From a virus (taxonomy: Duplodnaviria > Heunggongvirae > Uroviricota > Caudoviricetes): a DNA stretch of 17,902 nucleotides. Numbering within the stretch: position 1 is the stretch's first letter; the number at the start of each line of letters is the position of its first letter. Under the pieces are notes generated by a model. It saw nothing but the letters and a program-made list of their open reading frames with translations. It did no database searches and had not been told where the DNA came from. The stretch is taken from the IMG/VR virus record IMGVR_UViG_2778261135_000007; one strand, 5' to 3'. Of this stretch, positions 1 to 7,212 are shown in pieces. A program made the translations under genes and the position numbers.

Positions 1-19
1 CTATTTGATAAATATTAAA

Positions 20-1315
20 TTAATTTTTCATTGCTTCGTTATGGGGCATGGTTGGGGCAAACTCGCTTAACTGTGTATTTAACAAAGCTACCTGTGCATT
101 ATTGTTTTCAGACATCCATTTTCCGTAGACCTGAAATACCATTTGCGCATCTGCATGGCCCATCTGGTTTGCTATAAATGCCGGGTTAGCACCAGCTGTC
201 AGCGACCAGCAGGCATAAGTATGTCTCGACTGATATGATTTTCGATGGCGGAGTCCGGCACGTTTTATCGCTGCGTCCCACATCTGCCTTATTGAGTCAA
301 CGGTAAAATGGTCACCATAATTTTTTACTCTCGCTGACACTTCAGGTTGAAAAACAAAGGTGCATTTTTGTTTTTCTGTTCTGCCATACTCTCTGAGGTG
401 AACATCAATGATATGCTCTTTGCTCAGTCTCGTTAATGTCATCTGACTCCGGAGAGCGTCGATTGCTGGCTTAATAAGATGAATGACCCGATTGGTTCCC
501 GCCTGTGTTTTTGGTACCGTGAAACGGTCTTTTGCTAAATTTCTCCTGATCATCATTGTTCCATTTTTCAGATCTATGTCCTCCCATCCAAGTGCACACA
601 GCTCACCAGGGCGAACGCCAGTATAAACAGAAACACACCATAAATTTTTTGCTTGCTGATTTCTGCATGCATCGATAAGACGGATAAATTCCTCCCGCGA
701 AAGAGGATCCGGAATGGTTCTTGATTCCTTTAATGGCGAGATCCCCTTAAACGGATTATCTGCCAGGTAACCGTTATCAACACCAAACTGGAACACGGCG
801 TTAAGATTTGTCATGTAATTATTTACAGTTACAGCCGATCTCCCTGGTTGTGTAACAATATAGTTACTTTTGGGGATCTGGTATCCAGTCAGTAGCTCTT
901 TACGAACCTCCAGTAATTTTTCTTTATTAATCGATGAGGCAAGATTTTTTTCACCGATTATGCTCAGGATATTTTTGATGACGGCACGGTATGTGTTGAG
1001 TGATGTTTTGGCGACTTCAGTTTCTTTCAGTGCCAGAAATTTTTCAGCCAGTTCTTTTATGGTTAAATCTTGTCGGGCCTCACCAAATTTTTCCAGATTG
1101 CGTGAGGAGGGAAACTGTTTTGCATAGTCGAAAACACCAGTTTTTATTGCGTAACAAACAGAGGCGCGTAGTTCACCTGCAACGCGCCTGTTTTTTGCTG
1201 TGTCAGGAACCCCCAGATTTTCCCTGACTCTTACGCCTTTATAAACAAACCAGATACGTAATTTCCCTCCATGGTTTTCCACGCCTGTCGGATATTTCAT
1301 TTCAACTTCTCTCAT
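20..1315 (-). CDS. Phage integrase, tyrosine recombinase family
   Basis: 431-aa ORF at the window edge. C-terminal region has the tyrosine-recombinase signature (RHTYACW ... MGHADAQMVFQVYGKWM, comparable to the lambda Int LGHKSDTMASQY box). N-terminus resembles an arm-type DNA-binding domain. Sits next to an excisionase-like gene in the usual int-xis arrangement. True start may be the second ATG at 1300, which has a GAGAGAAG Shine-Dalgarno-like sequence. Confidence 0.85.
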   Translation of the reverse strand: MREVEMKYPTGVENHGGKLRIWFVYKGVRVRENLGVPDTAKNRRVAGELRASVCYAIKTGVFDYAKQFPSSRNLEKFGEARQDLTIKELAEKFLALKETEVAKTSLNTYRAVIKNILSIIGEKNLASSINKEKLLEVRKELLTGYQIPKSNYIVTQPGRSAVTVNNYMTNLNAVFQFGVDNGYLADNPFKGISPLKESRTIPDPLSREEFIRLIDACRNQQAKNLWCVSVYTGVRPGELCALGWEDIDLKNGTMMIRRNLAKDRFTVPKTQAGTNRVIHLIKPAIDALRSQMTLTRLSKEHIIDVHLREYGRTEKQKCTFVFQPEVSARVKNYGDHFTVDSIRQMWDAAIKRAGLRHRKSYQSRHTYACWSLTAGANPAFIANQMGHADAQMVFQVYGKWMSENNNAQVALLNTQLSEFAPTMPHNEAMKN

Positions 1316-1334
1316 TAGTTAGTGTGGCTTTTAG

Positions 1335-1586
1335 TCAAGTAAGATGACGTCTTGGTCTCGCTGATGCCTGGCGCTCAATCCAGCGATCAATTTCTTCCAG
1401 GTTGTAAAAGCATGGACTGTTATCCCATGGCATACCGTCATGAGCGACATGCTTATATTCCCTTCCTTCCATAAACGATTTTTCCCGGGCCTTTTTTAAC
1501 GTACCTTTTTTTATTCCTTTCAGCGCAATTAACTGCTCTTCGGATACCCATTTGCCGGGAGAGACAATCATGATTACTTCGCTCAT
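1335..1586 (-). CDS. Excisionase-like / DNA-binding protein (Xis-like)
   Basis: 83-aa ORF immediately upstream of int on the same strand, with a 19-bp gap. Small basic protein in the canonical xis position. Function inferred from position and size only. Confidence 0.6.
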   Translation of the reverse strand: MSEVIMIVSPGKWVSEEQLIALKGIKKGTLKKAREKSFMEGREYKHVAHDGMPWDNSPCFYNLEEIDRWIERQASARPRRHLT

Positions 1587-1658
1587 CGATTTCTTTATCT
1601 CTTACATCAGACGAGCGCCGGTTGCAGAATACCAGTCACAACCGGCGACAGTTGAACA

Positions 1659-4130
1659 TTAAGAATCAGCCTGACTCGGGATAAGTTTTTGCCAGATAAC
1701 TGAAACGTATTTTGCCTGGTAACGGGCGTCATCAAGTGCATTATGGCGCTCACCTTCGAATGGAATAGCCGTTCTGGCATCGAAGTCTATGGCTTTCCCC
1801 AGCTCAACGATTGTGCGTACATCGCGATCGTTGTAGTAACGCCACGGGCAGGGGATCCCCTGCCGTTCGTATGAACGGCGCAAAATCGTGTTGTCGAAGT
1901 TGGCTCCATTTCCCCAAACCTGAACAAAAAATTCACCGGAGTTTTCGTCGATAAATTCCCGCAATTGTAACAGTGCATCATCTAACGGGATTTCATCGGT
2001 CATAATGGCAGATTGCGCTTCGCGTGATTGCTTAAGCCACCATTTAATGGTGTCCCGATCAATGACTCCGCCAGCAGTTTCCAGATCGATAGTCTTACTA
2101 AATTCCGGTCCCATATCTCCGGTTTGCGGATCGAAAAATATTGCACCTATTGAGATGATCGGGGCATCAGGATTTTTTCCCATGGTTTCAAGGTCGATCA
2201 TTAGATGGTCACACGTCCTGCTGGTGGATGTGATTTCGTGATGACCGTTCACCTTAATTGGATGATCTGTCGTCTCGCCAGTTTCATTATCGCTATTGTG
2301 ATGCTGATTGCCGCCAGTGTTCTCCTTGTGTGGATGTTCAGCGCCTTCCATTTCCTCCGGATCATCTTCCTGAACTTCAACCTGATACTCTTCATCGAAT
2401 GTTTCTTGGTATGTTGCGTCGCCCATCACCGCGCCACAATCAGGGCAGTTGCCGCCGCCGGTCTGACCGCAGGCGGTGCAGACTTTTTCCACTTCCTGTT
2501 GCGCCACTGGTTCAGGCTGTTTCGTTTCTGGCTCGTTTTGTAACGCATTTGGACTGTTTTGTTCCGCTTTTTGGTAGTTCCGTTCCGATTCATGCTGGTT
2601 CTGGTTCACAGAATCGCGGGTCTGGATCCCCTTAACCCATTTCGGATCATTCGGGTCACTAATCCCTTCAACAAATTCACCACGTGATGCAGCAAGCAAC
2701 TTATCGGCGTCAGGCTGGCTGATATTGGCTGCCTGCATAATTTTGTTTACTTCGTCAGCGGTAACTTTTATCGGCTCTGGTTGTTCTGAATCTTCAGCGG
2801 TATCTACATTTTGCGGTAAGCCCGTGTATGTGCCATTTTTTCGGGCAAAATATTCTTCTTTTGTGATTTCAGTAGCGCCAGCAGCCAGTGCCTTATCCAG
2901 ACCAGAAAGTTTGTTTGCGCGACCGTATTTTTCTCCGTCCTTATCTGCGAAGAGGAAATAGAACGGCCCCTCACGCTCTACAGATGGTTCAGCTTCCGGC
3001 GCGGTTTCATTTTTTGGGATATCAGATACCTCAGTTTCCACTGCATCAGTTTGTGTTTCTGATGACTGGAGAACATCAACAGTGCCCAGGTCTGTTTCTT
3101 CATTCTCAAACACGCCCTTTGTCGTCAGGTATTCGCAGATATATTTGTTCAGTGCTACGGGATCTTTGTGAATGTCGATCGGACGCTCACGGACAAGGCC
3201 AAAAATAGTTTGGCGGTCGTAGCGAAGGGCATCAGGCTGTTTGCGCATTGATGCCGAGATACGCTTCCAGTCTTCGCGGTCGTTGTCGATAACTTCTTTT
3301 TTTGCCCAGCGATGGATGCTGCCGTCAATGTTTCCGGCATCCACATCACCAGGCCAGAGAGCGTAGGCCAGTTCGTCATCCAGTGTTTTCCATGTCTGCT
3401 TGTATTCGCGATGAATGGCAGCAATGACCGGGCTGATTTTTCCTGTTGAATTTTCAGTGTACTGTTGATTGGCTCTGGCGCGGGCGAGATCAACAACAGA
3501 CGTGTATTTTCCGGTTTCCTTGCGTTCACCTTCGCGACGTTTTTTCCAGATGCGCATCTCTGCCTGAATTTCGGGCCATTTAGCACCAGGAATACATTTA
3601 TGCTTAACCCACCCAATGGCGTGCAACTTAAGCTCCGGATACATGGCGTTAACTTCTGGCATTTTCATCAACGCTTCAACGATATGTCCGTCGAATGTTG
3701 CCATGTCTTCCTGCAACAATTCTTGTGCGCTAATAACCATATCAACGGTGATGTTTTCACATGTATCGAACTTAACCATGACAGCGTTCTGTACTTCAGG
3801 GGCCAGCTTGTCAAAAGTGACGTTCATCGGATCGGATTCAGTCTCAACCGGGACAAAAGAAGCAGACTCCTCATCCCAGCGGTTTTCCTGCATATATTCA
3901 GCATCCCATGAATCGAGGGCAGGGCGGGGTATGCCAGGTTTATCCTCGCAGACAATAAATTTATAAGCGCAGTCCTGAGCAGCCGGATAATGTTCCAGGA
4001 ATTGCCAGTGAAATTTTGCTCGAGCACGGCGTTCGTCGCCAGCTTCAATGGCTGTGGCTACAGCCACAGCGCCTTCTTCCCTTATTGCCAGTTCGTCAGG
4101 AATAGCGGCGCAAATAAAGACTTTACTCAT
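1659..4130 (-). CDS. Prophage exonuclease (exodeoxyribonuclease VIII-like) with C-terminal DEDDh (DnaQ-like) 3'-5' exonuclease domain
   Basis: 823-aa ORF. C-terminal roughly 180 aa carries the three DEDDh motifs directly visible in the translation: MIDLETMG (Exo I), WGNGANFDNTIL (Exo II), ERHNALDDARYQAKY (Exo III). The middle is an acidic low-complexity linker with a CxxC...CxxC element (CTACGQTGGGNCPDCG). GAGGT Shine-Dalgarno upstream of the ATG at 4130. Confidence 0.8.
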   Translation of the reverse strand: MSKVFICAAIPDELAIREEGAVAVATAIEAGDERRARAKFHWQFLEHYPAAQDCAYKFIVCEDKPGIPRPALDSWDAEYMQENRWDEESASFVPVETESDPMNVTFDKLAPEVQNAVMVKFDTCENITVDMVISAQELLQEDMATFDGHIVEALMKMPEVNAMYPELKLHAIGWVKHKCIPGAKWPEIQAEMRIWKKRREGERKETGKYTSVVDLARARANQQYTENSTGKISPVIAAIHREYKQTWKTLDDELAYALWPGDVDAGNIDGSIHRWAKKEVIDNDREDWKRISASMRKQPDALRYDRQTIFGLVRERPIDIHKDPVALNKYICEYLTTKGVFENEETDLGTVDVLQSSETQTDAVETEVSDIPKNETAPEAEPSVEREGPFYFLFADKDGEKYGRANKLSGLDKALAAGATEITKEEYFARKNGTYTGLPQNVDTAEDSEQPEPIKVTADEVNKIMQAANISQPDADKLLAASRGEFVEGISDPNDPKWVKGIQTRDSVNQNQHESERNYQKAEQNSPNALQNEPETKQPEPVAQQEVEKVCTACGQTGGGNCPDCGAVMGDATYQETFDEEYQVEVQEDDPEEMEGAEHPHKENTGGNQHHNSDNETGETTDHPIKVNGHHEITSTSRTCDHLMIDLETMGKNPDAPIISIGAIFFDPQTGDMGPEFSKTIDLETAGGVIDRDTIKWWLKQSREAQSAIMTDEIPLDDALLQLREFIDENSGEFFVQVWGNGANFDNTILRRSYERQGIPCPWRYYNDRDVRTIVELGKAIDFDARTAIPFEGERHNALDDARYQAKYVSVIWQKLIPSQADS

Positions 4131-4223
4131 TTTGTTTTAACCTCATGACAGATTTAAGGATGAACAAATCCCTGCCATTGCTGGCATATAAGAATGAAAC
4201 CGGATATTTATTACGGAACTGTT

Positions 4224-4415
4224 TTAAAGACCTGCCGGGATTTCGATATTATCCTGGTGAATAACTTTATCGACCGGGTAACAGTTACCGGGAATTTTCT
4301 GTTCGGTTGCTGCAGTCATACACTCCTGCATTGTCCTGTGAACACTGACTGCAATATCAACTGGCACTCCGGAAACAAGAAAAACTGTCAGAACAAGCGC
4401 AAATGCTGAATTCAT
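4224..4415 (-). CDS. ydfD: YdfD-like small membrane/lysis protein (63 aa)
   Basis: Internal start MNSAFALVLTVFLVSGVPVD... gives 63 aa with a hydrophobic N-terminal segment. Start abuts the dicB stop, as in the dicB operon. Sequence matches my recollection of Qin YdfD. Confidence 0.7.
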   Translation of the reverse strand: MNSAFALVLTVFLVSGVPVDIAVSVHRTMQECMTAATEQKIPGNCYPVDKVIHQDNIEIPAGL

Positions 4416-4600
4416 TGTGCACATCCTTTTGGCATCAGACGTAAACGAGCCAGCATTGAAACAATGCATATTTTATTTAATAGCTCCCGTTCTTGTTTTC
4501 TCTTGTTAATGGCATCTTCAGTAAATACAGGGTTACTGATAGTGACACCAATTTCAAAACAACCTTCAGACGTATTAACGTTTGGTAATAACGTTTTCAT
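4412..4600 (-). CDS. dicB: Cell division inhibitor DicB (62 aa)
   Basis: Translation from the internal ATG, MKTLLPNVNTSEGCFEIGVTISNPVFTEDAINKRKQERELLNKICIVSMLARLRLMPKGCAQ, matches the DicB sequence as I remember it. GAGGA Shine-Dalgarno upstream. The longer 97-aa track ORF is an upstream in-frame extension. Confidence 0.85.
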   Translation of the reverse strand: MKTLLPNVNTSEGCFEIGVTISNPVFTEDAINKRKQERELLNKICIVSMLARLRLMPKGCAQ

Positions 4601-4774
4601 TATCGCGTCCTCAACAATGAATTTTGTGATGCAGTGCCTGGTGCCTCCAGGTGACGTTAACCAGTTAACAATTAACGTCGGATACAGAGAATCCACCCAT
4701 AACACTGTTTTTGGTTTTAACTGTTCCGCGTGCGCTTAGCCGCATTCACCGCATCACAAAATTCACTTTAAAAA

Positions 4775-4827
4775 CGGCGGCAGAGCAGTCACGGAGTAAA
4801 ACTGATACCGCCAAACGTCACCAGAAA
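4775..4827 (-). ncRNA. dicF: DicF small regulatory RNA (53 nt; targets ftsZ mRNA)
   Basis: Reverse complement of 4775-4827 reads TTTCTGGTGACGTTTGGCGGTATCAGTTTTACTCCGTGACTGCTCTGCCGCCG, matching recalled DicF over essentially its full length. Followed on the minus strand by a T-run (TTTTT). Lies between the ydfC region and dicB, as in the Qin dicB operon. Confidence 0.85.
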
Positions 4828-4858
4828 ATTGATAACAGAGGGCGTTGCAGCGGTGTTG

Positions 4859-5050
4859 TCACTTAAGCGTATGGTCAACCTGACAACTCGGTGTCCTCAA
4901 CGGGGAAGGAATAACCCCGCCGTACTTACCGCCGCGCCATTTTGCGGGTTGCCACAACCGGAAGCGCACGGTCGAATTAAATTTAACGACACCGTACAGT
5001 GAGACGAACTTCGCCGTGCGCTTTCGTGTTGTGTGCCTGCTTTTAACCAC
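4859..5050 (-). CDS. Hypothetical small protein in the ydfC position (weak call; region may be structured RNA)
   Basis: 63-aa minus ORF between the ydfB-like ORF and dicF. A competing 61-aa ORF in another frame (4897-5082), GC-rich sequence and long inverted repeats (GCGCACGG at about 4964-4974 pairing with CCGTGCGC at about 5012-5021) make the coding assignment uncertain. Confidence 0.3.
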   Translation of the reverse strand: MVKSRHTTRKRTAKFVSLYGVVKFNSTVRFRLWQPAKWRGGKYGGVIPSPLRTPSCQVDHTLK

Positions 5051-5086
5051 GTCAGGCGAGGTGGTATCCTTAAAATCACCACAGTT

Positions 5087-5662
5087 TTAAGGATTCATTA
5101 AGCAATGTCGCAACCACCAATAAATCCGCTTAAGAACATGAAAATTGATTACTGGTATAAAGCGCTTACAGTTGTTGGCGCTGCGTTGTTTGTCTTTAAT
5201 GGAACGTCTTTTTTTGACAGATATCCCGTTGTTCCATTGGGTTTTTTGTCCTCCGGCATCTTTTTTATTGGTTTGGGGGAGTGGATTAATCACCCTCTCA
5301 AAGTGAGATTTATTGGTCCTGGAGTTTGGACTCGTGGATATAATCGTTCTTCGTGCGCACTCGGTATCATCTTCGACATACTTGGTTGTTTCCTGATTGT
5401 TACAGGAGTCGTCAAGTTCTTCTGATGTAAAACCGCAAATGGGGCACGTAACGGGAATTTTGAAAAGCGTTTCTCCGGGTTCCAGAACAAAATTTTCTGC
5501 GGTCTGATTTTGCTTCTCATATTTGTGCTCCGCGTCATTGTGAGAGCACATTCTTATTCTGAGTGCCTGTTTAAACTCACTGAAGCTGAGAGCTTCTTCG
5601 CCTTCGGCAAGGCCTTCGAAGTATTCTTCGTAAGCCTTTTCCATGATTGTGTCGAAATCCAT
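5087..5662 (-). CDS. YdfB-like protein, extended form (about 191 aa) with a CPICG zinc-ribbon-like element
   Basis: Start ATG overlaps the ydfA stop (TGATATG junction). N-terminus MDFDTIMEKAYEEYFEGLAEGEEALSFSEFKQAL.... The C-terminal half is K/N/Q-rich and is antisense to a hydrophobic plus-strand ORF, so the 3' portion may not be coding. Confidence 0.4.
   Translation of the reverse strand: MDFDTIMEKAYEEYFEGLAEGEEALSFSEFKQALRIRMCSHNDAEHKYEKQNQTAENFVLEPGETLFKIPVTCPICGFTSEELDDSCNNQETTKYVEDDTECARRTIISTSPNSRTNKSHFERVINPLPQTNKKDAGGQKTQWNNGISVKKRRSIKDKQRSANNCKRFIPVINFHVLKRIYWWLRHCLMNP
5105..5425 (+). CDS. Hypothetical membrane protein (about 3 predicted hydrophobic helices), antisense to the ydfB-like ORF
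   Basis: 106-aa ORF with three hydrophobic segments (YWYKALTVVGAALFVF, VVPLGFLSSGIFFIGLGEWI, ALGIIFDILGCFLIVTGVV). AAGGA Shine-Dalgarno about 11 nt upstream. Opposite to the operon direction, so it may be only the mirror image of the minus-strand ORF. Confidence 0.2.
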   Translation: MSQPPINPLKNMKIDYWYKALTVVGAALFVFNGTSFFDRYPVVPLGFLSSGIFFIGLGEWINHPLKVRFIGPGVWTRGYNRSSCALGIIFDILGCFLIVTGVVKFF

Positions 5663-5663
5663 A

Positions 5664-5819
5664 TCACTCACCTGAGTTTCTTTCCAGCCAGCGACGGGCA
5701 CCATTTTCGGTTTTAAACGTTTTGCTTTTGGTATACGTCATCGCGGTGAACGTACCGTCCTGGTTGGGGAACACGCCACATACCAGAGATTCGCTGTTGC
5801 CAAGATCGATAGTATCCAT
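5664..5819 (-). CDS. ydfA: YdfA-like small protein (51 aa)
   Basis: Internal ATG gives MDTIDLGNSESLVCGVFPNQDGTFTAMTYTKSKTFKTENGARRWLERNSGE, 51 aa. First gene downstream of dicA on the same strand, as in Qin. The 77-aa track ORF is an upstream extension. Confidence 0.65.
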   Translation of the reverse strand: MDTIDLGNSESLVCGVFPNQDGTFTAMTYTKSKTFKTENGARRWLERNSGE

Positions 5820-5985
5820 GCTGACCTCATTTCCCCTTAACGCCGGGGTAGCGGAACTGTTTGCTGAGAACACCGTGCGGTGTGTTGATGCAAACAAGAT
5901 TAGCCATGACTAACATATTGGTCAAGTGATTTTGTATGTTATAGTTAACATAATTAATATAGTAAAAGATAACTCATTGATGATG

Positions 5986-6393
5986 TTATCTTTTATTTGT
6001 CCGCTGACGGGCTTTTAGTAATTCTTCAAAGAGTTTATTGAAGTTTTTTACTCGAGCTCGCATTTCGGCGAGCTGGGTATCCTGTTCTGATTCTGGCAGT
6101 GCATTAAACAGCTCAAGGAGCTCTAGTTCTTTGGGAGATAAGGCAACTGGCTTCTCAACAGGTGGTGTTGGTTGCTTGTCTTCATCGCCAAATAGAATCC
6201 ATGTTGGTGAGCATTGCAATACTTTGCTGAGGGCAAAAAGGTTCTTCCCTGTAGGTTCACTATCATCCCGTTCCCATTGTGATACAGACACATGGGAGAT
6301 TTTCAGGGCTTTAGCAAGAGACCTTTGGGTGTGTTTGAGGTTTTTCCGACGATACCTAATGCGTTCGCCGATAGTTAAATTTTTTGTATCCAT
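5986..6393 (-). CDS. dicA: Repressor DicA (cI/C2-like HTH repressor of the dicB operon), 135 aa
   Basis: 135-aa translation (MDTKNLTIGERIRYRRKNLKHTQRSLAKALKISHVSVSQWER ... LLKARQRTNKR) matches recalled DicA nearly residue for residue. HTH_XRE-type helix-turn-helix near the N-terminus. Divergent from dicC. Confidence 0.9.
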   Translation of the reverse strand: MDTKNLTIGERIRYRRKNLKHTQRSLAKALKISHVSVSQWERDDSEPTGKNLFALSKVLQCSPTWILFGDEDKQPTPPVEKPVALSPKELELLELFNALPESEQDTQLAEMRARVKNFNKLFEELLKARQRTNKR

Positions 6394-6476
6394 AGTTAGC
6401 TAATGCTAAATCGTATTGACTATGTTTTTGTTAACATCTATTTTGTTAGTTATGACTAACAATCAAGGTGTTTTAA
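6394..6476. promoter_or_regulatory. dicA-dicC divergent promoter/operator region with three palindromic elements
   Basis: 83-bp intergenic region contains TTAGCTAA (6395-6402), TGTTAACA (6429-6436) and a 20-bp palindrome TTGTTAGTtatgACTAACAA (6443-6462). A TTGACT -35-like hexamer (6415-6420) with a TATTTT -10-like hexamer 17 bp downstream faces dicC. This is the analogue of the OR/PRM/PR region. Confidence 0.5.
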
Positions 6477-6707
6477 ATGCTTAAAACTGACGCTCTTTTG
6501 TATTTCGGTTCAAAAACAAAACTTGCACAAGCAGCTGGTATTCGTTTGGCTTCGCTTTATAGCTGGAAAGGGGATTTAGTTCCCGAAGGTCGCGCGATGC
6601 GTCTACAGGAGGCATCTGGCGGGGAGCTTCAGTATGACCCCAAAGTTTATGACGAATATCGTAAGACGAAGCGGGCGGGGCGGTTGAACAATGAAAATCA
6701 CTCCTGA
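6477..6707 (+). CDS. dicC: Cro-like regulator DicC (76 aa)
   Basis: 76-aa translation MLKTDALLYFGSKTKLAQAAGIRLASLYSWKGDLVPEGRAMRLQEASGGELQYDPKVYDEYRKTKRAGRLNNENHS matches recalled DicC. AAGGTG Shine-Dalgarno 6 nt upstream. Divergent from dicA. Confidence 0.85.
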   Translation: MLKTDALLYFGSKTKLAQAAGIRLASLYSWKGDLVPEGRAMRLQEASGGELQYDPKVYDEYRKTKRAGRLNNENHS

Positions 6708-7212
6708 ACAGGCTCGTGAGGCTCTGGATGCCTGGATATGTCGACCAGGAATGACACAGGAGCAGGCGACGATATTAATCACTGAAGCATTCTGGGCTTT
6801 GAAAGAGCGCCCGAACATCGATGTTCAGCGTGTCACAGATGAAGGTGGCGCGGTTGATCAGCGAGCGCTTGGCGTTAATCGAGTGAAGATATTCGAACGC
6901 TGGAAGGCTATCGACACCAGGGATAAGCGTGAAAAGTTCACGGCGCTAGTGCCTGCAATTATGGAGGCTATCCGGATTAATGATTTCAGGTTGTATCGTG
7001 AAATTAGTGACGGAAAAAGCATCACGTACATGATCGCCGGGTTAAACAAAGAATATGGCGATGTGGTGGAGTCCGGACTGCTTTTTGCTGATCCTGCCGT
7101 AGTGGATCGTGAAACTGACGAACTTATAGAAAAAGCAATTGCTTTCAAACTTGCGTATCGACAGCAATACCAACAAAAAGCTGGATGGAATTATGAGCCT
7201 TCTTTTTGCTGA
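6691..7212 (+). CDS. Hypothetical protein in the cII slot (possibly YdaT-like regulator)
   Basis: 173-aa ORF overlapping the dicC stop, directly downstream of the cro-like gene. Family assignment is by position only. Confidence 0.6.
   Translation: MKITPEQAREALDAWICRPGMTQEQATILITEAFWALKERPNIDVQRVTDEGGAVDQRALGVNRVKIFERWKAIDTRDKREKFTALVPAIMEAIRINDFRLYREISDGKSITYMIAGLNKEYGDVVESGLLFADPAVVDRETDELIEKAIAFKLAYRQQYQQKAGWNYEPSFC

Noticed and set aside
1-19. Attachment site or flanking tRNA at the integrase-proximal window edge
   Set aside because: Only 19 nt lie beyond the integrase stop codon, too little to recognise an att core or tRNA. The prophage boundary is probably outside the window.
870-1227. 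Plus-strand ORFs 870-1127 and 1000-1227 inside the integrase gene
   Set aside because: Antisense to a well-supported integrase; no independent support.
1601-1660. 9-bp inverted repeat (CGCCGGTTG ... CAACCGGCG) between the exonuclease and xis genes
   Set aside because: No flanking U-run in either orientation, so not a convincing intrinsic terminator. Could be a processing or regulatory hairpin, but there is nothing further to support a call.
1787-4048. Ten ORFs of 64-153 aa on both strands inside the exonuclease gene (1787-1981, 2005-2241, 2205-2543, 2258-2635, 2725-2961, 2888-3208, 3155-3616, 3465-3911, 3616-3966, 3824-4048)
   Set aside because: All lie within the 823-aa exonuclease ORF, on the opposite strand or in an alternative frame. 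They lack convincing ribosome-binding sites and have odd composition, typical of shadow ORFs.
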